Shown one piece after another: positions 48,049 through 55,906 of a stretch of 60,564 bases of DNA; positions within the stretch are counted from its first letter, which is position 1, and each line of letters opens with the position of its first letter. Position numbers and translations under genes: made by a program. The notes below the pieces were generated by a model that saw only the letters and a program-made list of their open reading frames with translations, was not told where the DNA came from and ran no database searches. The DNA comes from Spirochaetota bacterium (GTDB lineage Bacteria > Spirochaetota > Spirochaetia > SZUA-6 > Fen-1364), in NCBI GenBank assembly GCA_026398635.1, contig JAPLSM010000042.1:1-60564 (forward strand), read 5' to 3'.

Positions 48049-50055
48049 TTAACCATCCTTGGTCTGGATGTCCACTGCTTTCTCGAAGCCGATGCTCAGG
48101 TGGTTCTCCCAGGCGGTATTCGGTCCGAGATCGAGGTCCCACATCGGCACCAGGCACTGGCACTGGTACTCGGGCTCCCCGGCGCCCGGTGGCTCGGGCA
48201 TGGTCTCGACCGGCAGGCTCCAGCAGCGGAACGGCGCGGCGGACGAGAGCGTGATGGACACGCCGTTCGGCACGTCGCGCAGGAGCAGCCCCGTGGCGGA
48301 CTCGATCTCGCGGGCGTCCGTGCCGATCTCCGTCGACGCGTCCTCGCCGATCAGGAAGAGGCGGCCGTCGCCGGCCGAACGCGATGCGAGGGACACGTTG
48401 ATTTCTACGCCGAGCCGCGTCCGAAGGCCCGTGTCGCCTCCGACGGCCACCCGGTAGTACACGTCGATCGAGCGGGGACGGAAGACGTAGCGCTTCTCGA
48501 TGCGCACCGCCGCCTCGCGGCCGCCGGCGCGCACGGGGCCCGCGGTGCACAGCAGCACCTCGGGCAGCGTGCGGTTCAGCTCCGCGGTCTGCCACACCGT
48601 GCGCCCGAAGACGGCGGAATCGGTCGTGCCCGCGGCGAAGTCCGCGAGGCCGGACGCGTCGTCGAGGAAATGGTCGATGAAGGCGTGGCGCGGCAGCCGC
48701 TCGGCGTCCCGCCGGTCGCGCTCGCGGGACACGAGGGTGTCGAGGTAGTTCCATGACGCCGGCAGGAAATCCAACTCGAACAGCGCGCCGCCCCGGGCGT
48801 GGAGGTACGCGTTCAGCTCGGAACCCTGGTACAGGTACTCGGTGCCATTGTCCGCGTCGAAGTCGACCCCGATGATCGACGGCGCAAAGATCTCCGTCGC
48901 TCGGATGATCTTCTCGGCCTCGATCAGCGAGCGGTAGACCGCCTTGCGCTGCACGTTCGCGTGCAGACCGCCCGAGCCGCCGAACCAGTAGGCGTGGTGG
49001 CTCTGGCCCTTCCACAGCTCGTTCTGCGCCGCGCGCTTGCGGTAGCGGTCGCCGCGCAGCTGGTTCACGAGCACGTGGGTGTGCATCATCTTCGCGTACA
49101 TGAGCCCGCTTTCGGGGTAGCGCACGAAGAACTGGCGGAAGTACCCGCCCGGCGGGGGCGTGCCCGCCCCGCCTTCTGCGGCGTCCCGGGCTTCGCGCCA
49201 GGCCTTCCGGCGGTCGGGGTCCAGCGACCACTCCGCCATGAGCTGCGACGAGCAGTTCGGGAAGTAGAGCCGGGAAGAGGGTGGTGAGGCACGAAGGTGC
49301 GCGCTCGGCGTCACCGGCTCGAGCCAGGACGCGTTCTCACGGACAAGGCCAAGCAGCTCCTCGAGCCAGCCATTCGAGGCGAACGGGGGACCCGTCCTGG
49401 CGCCGTCCCCGACGAGAGCGACGACCGTCGACGGTCCCCCGTAGGACTCGGCGATGGCGGCGAGCGCCGCCACGAGCCCGGCCGGGCTCATTGACGCGGC
49501 CCGGGCCAGGAGGCGCGTCTGCACGGGGATGACCGCCACGTGCTTGCCCTGGTCCTCGGCCACACAAGCGCGCAGCAGGTCGGAGCCTCCGGCGCCCGCG
49601 AGGCCGAGCTGCGTCTCGTCCAGGAACGTGTACTCCATGCCACCGGTCCGCAGCGTGGAGGCGAGCGACGGGTCCCACACCTGTTCGGCCAGCCAGCAGC
49701 CCCGGGGCCGGGTGCCAAAGCGCACCCTCAGCGACGTGGTCATCTTCTCCAGCTGGCCCAGCCGGTCGTTTGCGGGGATCATGGGGAGGATCGGGTCGTA
49801 GTACCCTCCGCCGACGATCTCCACCTGGCGCCGCCCCACCATTTCGGCGATCAGCATCACCAGCTCTGGGTGGCGCTCCTCGAGCCACTCGAGCAGCAGC
49901 CCGCTGTAATGCAGCGCGGCCGGCACCTCGGGGAAGGCGTAGAGTGTGCTGAGGAAGGGCCGGAGGGCTTCCTGGTAGACGGCCTCGGTCACCGCTTCCG
50001 GCTGCCCCAACGGAAGATGGCTGTGCGTCCCGATGATGACGGCCAGGCGGTTCAT
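48049..50055 (-). CDS. Glycoside hydrolase family 57 protein (alpha-amylase / 4-alpha-glucanotransferase type)
   Basis: N-terminus MNRLAVIIGTHSHLPLGQ, then ..HYSG.LLEWLEE..PE, ..EIVGGGYYDPILPMIP..DR..Q, and ..GCWLAEQVWDPSL......GMEYTFLDE. These are typical GH57 conserved regions. Confidence 0.88.
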   Translation of the reverse strand: MNRLAVIIGTHSHLPLGQPEAVTEAVYQEALRPFLSTLYAFPEVPAALHYSGLLLEWLEERHPELVMLIAEMVGRRQVEIVGGGYYDPILPMIPANDRLGQLEKMTTSLRVRFGTRPRGCWLAEQVWDPSLASTLRTGGMEYTFLDETQLGLAGAGGSDLLRACVAEDQGKHVAVIPVQTRLLARAASMSPAGLVAALAAIAESYGGPSTVVALVGDGARTGPPFASNGWLEELLGLVRENASWLEPVTPSAHLRASPPSSRLYFPNCSSQLMAEWSLDPDRRKAWREARDAAEGGAGTPPPGGYFRQFFVRYPESGLMYAKMMHTHVLVNQLRGDRYRKRAAQNELWKGQSHHAYWFGGSGGLHANVQRKAVYRSLIEAEKIIRATEIFAPSIIGVDFDADNGTEYLYQGSELNAYLHARGGALFELDFLPASWNYLDTLVSRERDRRDAERLPRHAFIDHFLDDASGLADFAAGTTDSAVFGRTVWQTAELNRTLPEVLLCTAGPVRAGGREAAVRIEKRYVFRPRSIDVYYRVAVGGDTGLRTRLGVEINVSLASRSAGDGRLFLIGEDASTEIGTDAREIESATGLLLRDVPNGVSITLSSAAPFRCWSLPVETMPEPPGAGEPEYQCQCLVPMWDLDLGPNTAWENHLSIGFEKAVDIQTKDG

Positions 50056-50065
50056 CGCGTCAATC

Positions 50066-50656
50066 CTACCGCACCAGGCCGGCGAGGAACACCTGGTCGA
50101 AGGCGGTGAAGGCGAGCGCGGCCAGCCCGGCCGAGACCAGCGCCCGCGGCATGCCGCTCATGGACGACGGTGCCTCCCCCGGCCCGAGCCGGTCCGCGAT
50201 GCCTGTGAGGATCGACAGGGCGACGAGCAACCCGGCGCCGGCGGCGAGCCCGGCGACCAGGCTCTCAGTGAGCCCGAATCCCGACCGGGCCACGACGAGC
50301 ACCGTACCGAGCGCGGCGACAGAGGCGCCCGACGGGCGGAGTACGGAGCCGAACAGGTCCGCGGTGCGAGACGTCACCCGGCGAAGGACGAGCCGGGCAA
50401 GCGAGGCGATGCCGGCCGTTGCAAGGATGATTGCGGGCGTCTGCATCCAGGCCACGCCGAGCGGCTCGAGCACATGCACGCGAAGGGCCCACATGGCAGC
50501 TGCGGAAGAGACCGCCAGCAGGGCGGACGCGAGACCGGCTGCTGCGGCACGCCGCAGGTCCAGCCCTTCGGTGGTTCCGGGATCGAGGCCGAGCATCCTA
50601 GCAAACAGCACGTGCTCCACCAGCGAAAAGGTGAGAAGGATACCCGGCCAGCTCAT
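50066..50656 (-). CDS. rnfA: RnfA-like membrane subunit (divergent, lacks both conserved Cys)
   Basis: 196 aa, and it aligns end to end by eye with E. coli RsxA. LVEHVLFARMLGLDPG corresponds to LVNNFVLVKFLGLCPF. SGMPRALVSAGLAALAFTAF corresponds to [20 protein letters not shown]. Its ATG overlaps the rnfE-like stop (ATGA 50653-50656). Confidence 0.75.
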   Translation of the reverse strand: MSWPGILLTFSLVEHVLFARMLGLDPGTTEGLDLRRAAAAGLASALLAVSSAAAMWALRVHVLEPLGVAWMQTPAIILATAGIASLARLVLRRVTSRTADLFGSVLRPSGASVAALGTVLVVARSGFGLTESLVAGLAAGAGLLVALSILTGIADRLGPGEAPSSMSGMPRALVSAGLAALAFTAFDQVFLAGLVR

Positions 50657-51321
50657 CCCGCGTCTCCCGGCGTCGTGCGACGAGCCCCCCGACGCGCAAC
50701 GAAGCTGACGAGACCCGCAAGGTACCCGGCTGCGATCAGGCCGGCGAACGGCGAGAGCAGGCTTCGGGCCGGCGCATTCGAAAGTCCGGGCAGGCGGAAC
50801 ACCCAGCCAACCGCGACGCCGGGGAGCGTGAAGGTGCCGGCTCCGAGTGCCTCGCGCACGAGTGCGGTCAGGCCGGCACCGCCGAGGAACGCGAGACCCG
50901 CGACCATCGCTCGTGCAGCGGCGCGCCGAGTCCGGTCTTTTGGCTGCGCGTCCGTCAGCACGGCTGCCGCGACGGGCCCCGACATGACGACTACGGTGAG
51001 AGGGAGGTAGATGCCGAGGTCCGCGCTCACCGAGGGCAGCCAGGTCAAAGCCGCGAGGTCGGCCCCGCACGCGAGCACGGCGCCGGCGAGGAGGACCGCG
51101 AGCGAGCCCACTGCGGGGGGTATCCTGTCGGCGACGAGAGCGGCGACGAGAGCCGTCGCGAGCAGCGACACGATCGCTGCGGCGGACAGCCATAGGGCAG
51201 CGGACACCGTAACCGCGGCCGCGAGCGACGGGACGATCGCGGCGATCAGCTCGGGCAGGCCGGCGGTTCGGTCAGGGACCGGCGCAGCCGCGGACGGCAG
51301 CGGAGCTTGCGGATTCATCAT
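50653..51321 (-). CDS. rnfE: RnfE-like membrane subunit (divergent, lacks both conserved Cys)
   Basis: 222 aa. [20 protein letters not shown] corresponds to RsxE [35 protein letters not shown] corresponds to LGSLREIIGNGTL. Its ATG overlaps the rnfD stop (ATGA 51318-51321). Confidence 0.72.
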   Translation of the reverse strand: [222 protein letters not shown]

Positions 51322-52379
51322 GCGGACCTCCGGGGCCGGGTCCACCGGTCCAGCAGCGGGGAGAGGCAATTGCTGAGCAGCACCGCGAGGCCGATGCCCT
51401 CCACCGCGGAGCCGTGGAACCGCAGGAGGAAGGTGAGCGCGCCGATTATGGCTCCGAACGCAATCCTCCCCCACCGGGTCATGGGCGAGGTGACGGGATC
51501 GGTGGCCATGTAAAAACCCGCAAGCACGATCCCGCCCGAGAAGAGGTGGAACACCGCGCCGCCCCGGAAGAGGCCGTCCCCCGCCGGGATCCCTCCCAGG
51601 GCCCAAGCGAGCAGCGCGAAGACCCCGAACAGGGCAGCGGGTATCTCCCATCGGATGATGCGCCGCCACAGCAGTACCGCGGCGCCGGCCGCGAGCAGGA
51701 TCACTGACGCCTCGCCGATGCATCCCGCGTGAAGGCCGGCGAGCATGTCGAGCAGTCCCCGTGGCGCGGCCATGCCGAGCGGCGACAGCAGGTGTGCGTT
51801 CAGCCACGAGACCACGGCATCGTCGGTACGGCTGAACGGGTAGCCGGCGGCAGTGAGCGCGGCGAACGGTCCCCCGGCGGATGCTCCCGCTGCCGCGGCG
51901 GCGGCCAGGGGCGTGGCCGCGGACACGGCGTCGGCGGACAGGAACCGCGTCGGCAGCCACGCGGACATCGCCGCCGGCCACGACAGCGCGACGAAAGCCC
52001 GGCCGGCGAGCGCGGGGTTCATCCAGTTCCTGCCCAACCCACCGAACCCCTGCTTGACCACCGCGATGCCGAAGCCGGCTGCAGCGGCCGGCACGTACCA
52101 TGGGGATCCGGGCGGCATCGAAAGACCGACGAGCAATCCGGTCAGGAAGGCGGTGCCATCGTCGAGCGTGAACCGGCGTCTGAAGCCGGCCGTCACGAGC
52201 TCGGTTACGAGCGCCGAGCCGATGGCAGCGGCGAGCACCGTGGCCGCGGCTGGGCCGTAGCAGAGCACACCCCAGCCTGCGGCCGGCAGCAGGCAGGCGG
52301 CCGCGATCAAGGCGAAAGCCGGCGTGCGCATTCCCGCGTGCAGGTGCGGAGCGGCCGCGACGGCGACTCTCGGGCTCAC
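51318..52379 (-). CDS. rnfD: RnfD-like membrane subunit
   Basis: Strong by-eye similarity to RsxD: SPH.H, DGTAFLTGLLVGLSMPP..PW, KQ.FGGLG.N.MNPA, DAVSAATPL (the flavinylation-type Thr is kept), FYMATDPVTSP, AVLLSN...PL.D. The GTG start overlaps the rnfC stop (GTGA 52376-52379). Confidence 0.88.
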   Translation of the reverse strand: MSPRVAVAAAPHLHAGMRTPAFALIAAACLLPAAGWGVLCYGPAAATVLAAAIGSALVTELVTAGFRRRFTLDDGTAFLTGLLVGLSMPPGSPWYVPAAAAGFGIAVVKQGFGGLGRNWMNPALAGRAFVALSWPAAMSAWLPTRFLSADAVSAATPLAAAAAAGASAGGPFAALTAAGYPFSRTDDAVVSWLNAHLLSPLGMAAPRGLLDMLAGLHAGCIGEASVILLAAGAAVLLWRRIIRWEIPAALFGVFALLAWALGGIPAGDGLFRGGAVFHLFSGGIVLAGFYMATDPVTSPMTRWGRIAFGAIIGALTFLLRFHGSAVEGIGLAVLLSNCLSPLLDRWTRPRRSA

Positions 52380-53710
52380 TCAGCACCCCCGGCCGATCGG
52401 ACCCGGGCTTCGCGCAGCCCGGCCGCAAGGGGGATGCGCGACGGGCACGCGTACGAGCAGCAGCCGCACCCCGTGCACTCCCCGAGCCCTTCCGTTGAAG
52501 CCCGTGCGAGCGCTCCGGACTCTGCGATCTCGTGCAGCCGCACGGGCACGAGCCCCCAGGGACAGGCATCGAGACACCGACCGCATCGCAGGCAGGGCCG
52601 CCGCCGGCCCCGAGCCAGGTCGCCCCGGGCGAGAAGCAGTACCGCGGGGACTTCCTGCGTGACGGGAACCTCCTGCCAGTCCGCGCTGCCCGGAAAAGCG
52701 TGACCCTGCATCGCGCCGCCGAACACGACCGCGGCCGGCCGGGCCACGAGGCCCCCGGCCTCCTCCACCAGCTCTCCGGCACGGGTACCGACGCGAACCT
52801 TGAGGTTCCGGGGCGCCCCGAGCGCCGGGCCGGCCACGGTGACGATGCGTTCGAAGCAGGGCTTGCCAAGAACCACAGCATCGCGCAGCGCGGCGAACGA
52901 GGAGACGGAGGTCACCACCGCGCCCAAGTCCAGGGCGGTGCCCCCGCGGGGCACTTCCCGGCCGAGCAGCGCCGCCGCGAGACGCGTTTCCTCTTCCTGC
53001 GGGTAGCGTCCGTCGAAGACCGCCACCTCGAGGGTTCCTCCCGACGCGCGGAACGCGGCCGCGACCGCGTCCGCAGCCTGCGCAGCATCGCCGGTCACGG
53101 CCAGGACGACCCGCCGGCACCCGAGCACCGCCTGCGCGATCCGCAGGCCTTCGGCGACATCCCCGGGCCGGTCCGCCAGCTGCCGGAACTCCGCGGCGAG
53201 CCACGGTTCGCTTTCCACGGCATTCGCCAGGAGCACCTGTGGAGACCGGCCCCGAGCCGTGGCGAACCGCACGGCGAGCGGCTCGCAATGGCCGTCGAGC
53301 GCAACGCCCGCCTCCCCGACGATTGTGAGGATTTGCGAGGGTCCAAGATGCGTCCAATCGCGCACGGGCCGAGGCCGGCCCGACTGGGCGAAAGTTCCGC
53401 CGAGCTCGATCACGACGGCCTGGCCGGTCGTGCCGTCGCTCAGGAGGACCTCGCGGACCTCGACCACCGCGCCGGGGATCGACGCGTGGACAGGCGCTGA
53501 ACTCTGATCGGGGGGGCGGCCGATCAGCTCCCCCTCCGCCACCCGGTCGCCGGGCGCGACGAGGCAGACAGCGGCCGAACCCCCGCGCCGACGCATCGGC
53601 ACCACAGCCACCGACGGCATGGCCGCGTTGACGATGGGGGCACGTCGGCTCTCCTGGCTGTGCGGCGGGAGATGAATCCCGCCCCGCGGGAACGTGAGGG
53701 GTTGCGTCAT
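52376..53710 (-). CDS. rnfC: RnfC-like subunit (2x[4Fe-4S] motifs kept; nucleotide/flavin loop apparently degenerate)
   Basis: N-terminal FPRGGIHLPPH corresponds to RsxC FNGGIHPPE. LLANAVESEPWLAAE corresponds to LIINAAECEPYITAD. The C-terminus has CLRCGRCLDACP and CTGCGCCSYACPSRIPL. Its ATG overlaps the upstream stop (ATGA 53707-53710). Confidence 0.82.
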   Translation of the reverse strand: MTQPLTFPRGGIHLPPHSQESRRAPIVNAAMPSVAVVPMRRRGGSAAVCLVAPGDRVAEGELIGRPPDQSSAPVHASIPGAVVEVREVLLSDGTTGQAVVIELGGTFAQSGRPRPVRDWTHLGPSQILTIVGEAGVALDGHCEPLAVRFATARGRSPQVLLANAVESEPWLAAEFRQLADRPGDVAEGLRIAQAVLGCRRVVLAVTGDAAQAADAVAAAFRASGGTLEVAVFDGRYPQEEETRLAAALLGREVPRGGTALDLGAVVTSVSSFAALRDAVVLGKPCFERIVTVAGPALGAPRNLKVRVGTRAGELVEEAGGLVARPAAVVFGGAMQGHAFPGSADWQEVPVTQEVPAVLLLARGDLARGRRRPCLRCGRCLDACPWGLVPVRLHEIAESGALARASTEGLGECTGCGCCSYACPSRIPLAAGLREARVRSAGGAE

Positions 53711-55245
53711 CGGGTGCGGCGCCTGCGGGCTGGCTCAGTTATCGCCCAAAGGCCGAGGCGCATCAAGAGTCGCCGCGCTGCCGGCCCGACGAGCGGCGCG
53801 CCAAGCAGGGCAAGGCATGCGAGCGCTGCCGGGACCGCCTGGAGGAGCGCGGCCCAGGGAGCCCGGAAGCGGACTTCCACCGCCCGGCGCTGTTCGATCA
53901 GCAGCCGTTCGACCGTACCGGACCGGAAACCGGCGACAGCCAGGTCGAGCCAGCCAGGATCGAACCGCACCACGGTGCGAGGCGCCTCGATGAGCGATCC
54001 GCCGCTCCCGTCCGCATACTCGCGCAGACGCACCCGTTCCTCTCGGGCCGGAAGCAGGGGCGAGGTGCCCTCGGCGGCACCGAATGCGATTGTCTGCAGC
54101 GAAGCGGCATGGCCGACAGCTTCCGCCAACCCCGGCAGCCGGCCTGCATCCCTGGCCCGAACAGCTGCCTCGATGCCGGTCCGGCTGCCGGCTCCTGCGA
54201 GGGACACCTGGCGCGGCAGCGGCACCTGCAGCCGGGACAAGCCCGCGGGCACCGTCACGAGGAGCCCGGCCGCCAGGGCGGCTGCGAGTGGAGCGAACAC
54301 CGTACGCCGAGGCGGGGCCAGGATGGGCACCGGCTCGAACCGGCCCCTGCCCTGCCGCAACGGGGAGCGCAGCTGCAGGAGCGGCCAGGCGAGCTCAGCC
54401 AGCAGCTCGAGGCACAGCATGCTCGCGCCCATCCGTGTCGCCCGGTACACGGCAGCATCACCCGTGGCGATGACCGCGACGGCGACGCCGAGGAGCACGC
54501 CGATGCGCATCCCGGCCCGCCCGGACTGCGGGGAGGACCGGCGGCCATGCGCGTGCCGTACCCCGTCAGCCGCGCGGGGCATCCAGAAGTACAGCGCAGT
54601 GCAGACGAAACACAGGTCCGACGGCCCGCCGTTCAGGAGGCCTGGCAGCCAGGCGAAAATGCCGGCCGCCGCGAGCAGCAAGCCTCGACGAGTCTCCCGG
54701 CGCAGGCACCAGGCTACCGCAAGAGCGAAACCGAGCGCAGCGACCGGCACGGAGATCCTCGCGAGAGGCTCGAGCTCGAGCAGCTGCCAGCTGCCCCGCG
54801 GCACGCCGTCAGCATCGAACGTCCGGGCGAAGCGCAGCCAGGCCGCTATCCGACCGCGGGTCGCCGGCACGTAGGCTGCGACGAGCCTGCGACCGCCGTC
54901 CCAGGCCTGGAAATACCTGGGCACGCCTGACAGCCAGGCATCCATGCGCGAGTCGAGCGGGTCGAGACGGGCCTCCAGGGCGGCGACCCGCAGCGTCTCG
55001 ATCTCGGAGAAGACGTCGATCCTGACGATCGCGGTGGCCCGGCTGACCGATCCCGGAGCGGCTGCCTGCAGGGCCGCTTCCACGGCAGGGGCCGCGGCCT
55101 CGCGGTAGAGCAGCACGTACCAACCCCGCCAGCCCGAGGTCGGACGGACCGCCGGGGACGGGATCTCGGGCACGAGCATCAGCGCCAATATCACGGAGAG
55201 CACGAACGGCAGGTTGCGGGGATCCAACACGATGCGTCGCAGCAT
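53707..55245 (-). CDS. Uncharacterised polytopic membrane protein (512 aa)
   Basis: An N-terminal TM helix, a ~150-aa soluble segment, a cluster of about 6 TM helices (residues ~170-340), a second soluble segment, and a C-terminal TM helix. No family was recognised. It is translationally coupled to rnfC. Confidence 0.7.
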   Translation of the reverse strand: MLRRIVLDPRNLPFVLSVILALMLVPEIPSPAVRPTSGWRGWYVLLYREAAAPAVEAALQAAAPGSVSRATAIVRIDVFSEIETLRVAALEARLDPLDSRMDAWLSGVPRYFQAWDGGRRLVAAYVPATRGRIAAWLRFARTFDADGVPRGSWQLLELEPLARISVPVAALGFALAVAWCLRRETRRGLLLAAAGIFAWLPGLLNGGPSDLCFVCTALYFWMPRAADGVRHAHGRRSSPQSGRAGMRIGVLLGVAVAVIATGDAAVYRATRMGASMLCLELLAELAWPLLQLRSPLRQGRGRFEPVPILAPPRRTVFAPLAAALAAGLLVTVPAGLSRLQVPLPRQVSLAGAGSRTGIEAAVRARDAGRLPGLAEAVGHAASLQTIAFGAAEGTSPLLPAREERVRLREYADGSGGSLIEAPRTVVRFDPGWLDLAVAGFRSGTVERLLIEQRRAVEVRFRAPWAALLQAVPAALACLALLGAPLVGPAARRLLMRLGLWAITEPARRRRTR

Positions 55246-55257
55246 GAGCGCGGACCG

Positions 55258-55740
55258 TCAGAGGCTGCAGAACGCGACAGCGATGAAGAAGCCGATCAGC
55301 GCGCCCACGATGACCTCGGGACCCGTGTGGCCGTGGATCTCCTTGACGGGCTTCACCCGGTGCTTCCGGTCCCGGGCGAGGTACCGGAGGAGCTGGTTGA
55401 TGGCCCGCGCCTGCATCCCGGCCGCCCGGCGCACGCCGAGGGCGTCCCGGAAGATGATGATGGCGTAGAAGAGCGTCACGATGAACAGCGGCGTGTCCAC
55501 CCCCTGCACGAAGCCCACGGACGTGGCCAGCGCCGACACGACTGCCGAGTGGCTGCTCGGCATCCCGCCGGTGGTCCAGAACAGGTTGAGGAGAATGCCC
55601 TTGGCAGTGCGCGGCCGGTTACGAAGCATCGCGACGAGGGACTTCAGGATCTGCGCGGTGAACCAGCTCGAGAACGCGGAGAGGAACACGGGGTGCGCGA
55701 ACAGTCCGGTGAGTTGGTCGACGACGTGCAGGGTGGCCAC
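55258..55740 (-). CDS. Divergent PAP2 family membrane protein (YuiD/DUF212-like)
   Basis: ..FSSWFTAQILK........GGMPSSHSAVVSALATSVG......LF.V.L.FA.I...DA.GVRR..G.QA.....L... is characteristic of the acid-phosphatase/vanadium-haloperoxidase-related DUF212 family. GTG start at 55740; the start is uncertain. Confidence 0.8.
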   Translation of the reverse strand: MATLHVVDQLTGLFAHPVFLSAFSSWFTAQILKSLVAMLRNRPRTAKGILLNLFWTTGGMPSSHSAVVSALATSVGFVQGVDTPLFIVTLFYAIIIFRDALGVRRAAGMQARAINQLLRYLARDRKHRVKPVKEIHGHTGPEVIVGALIGFFIAVAFCSL

Positions 55741-55821
55741 CGGCGCGCAGTCTCCCGCCGCCCACTGTGTTTGTCAAGCCAGCGACGTGCGAAGCACGCG
55801 GCGATAGCCCAGGCGTAGCAA

Positions 55822-55851
55822 TCGACAATCTTGACAAATCGTACGTATACT
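55822..55851 (+). promoter_or_regulatory. Putative sigma70-type promoter of the radical SAM gene
   Basis: TCGACA (55822-55827), an 18-nt spacer, then TATACT (55846-55851). An alternative reading is TTGACA (55831-55836), 17 nt, then TAGTTT. It lies about 55 nt upstream of the ATG at 55907. Confidence 0.4.
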
Positions 55852-55906
55852 GTTAGTTTGCTCTGTAGAAGCCATCATAGCGGCATTGCTGCAAGGAGGG
55901 GTACGT

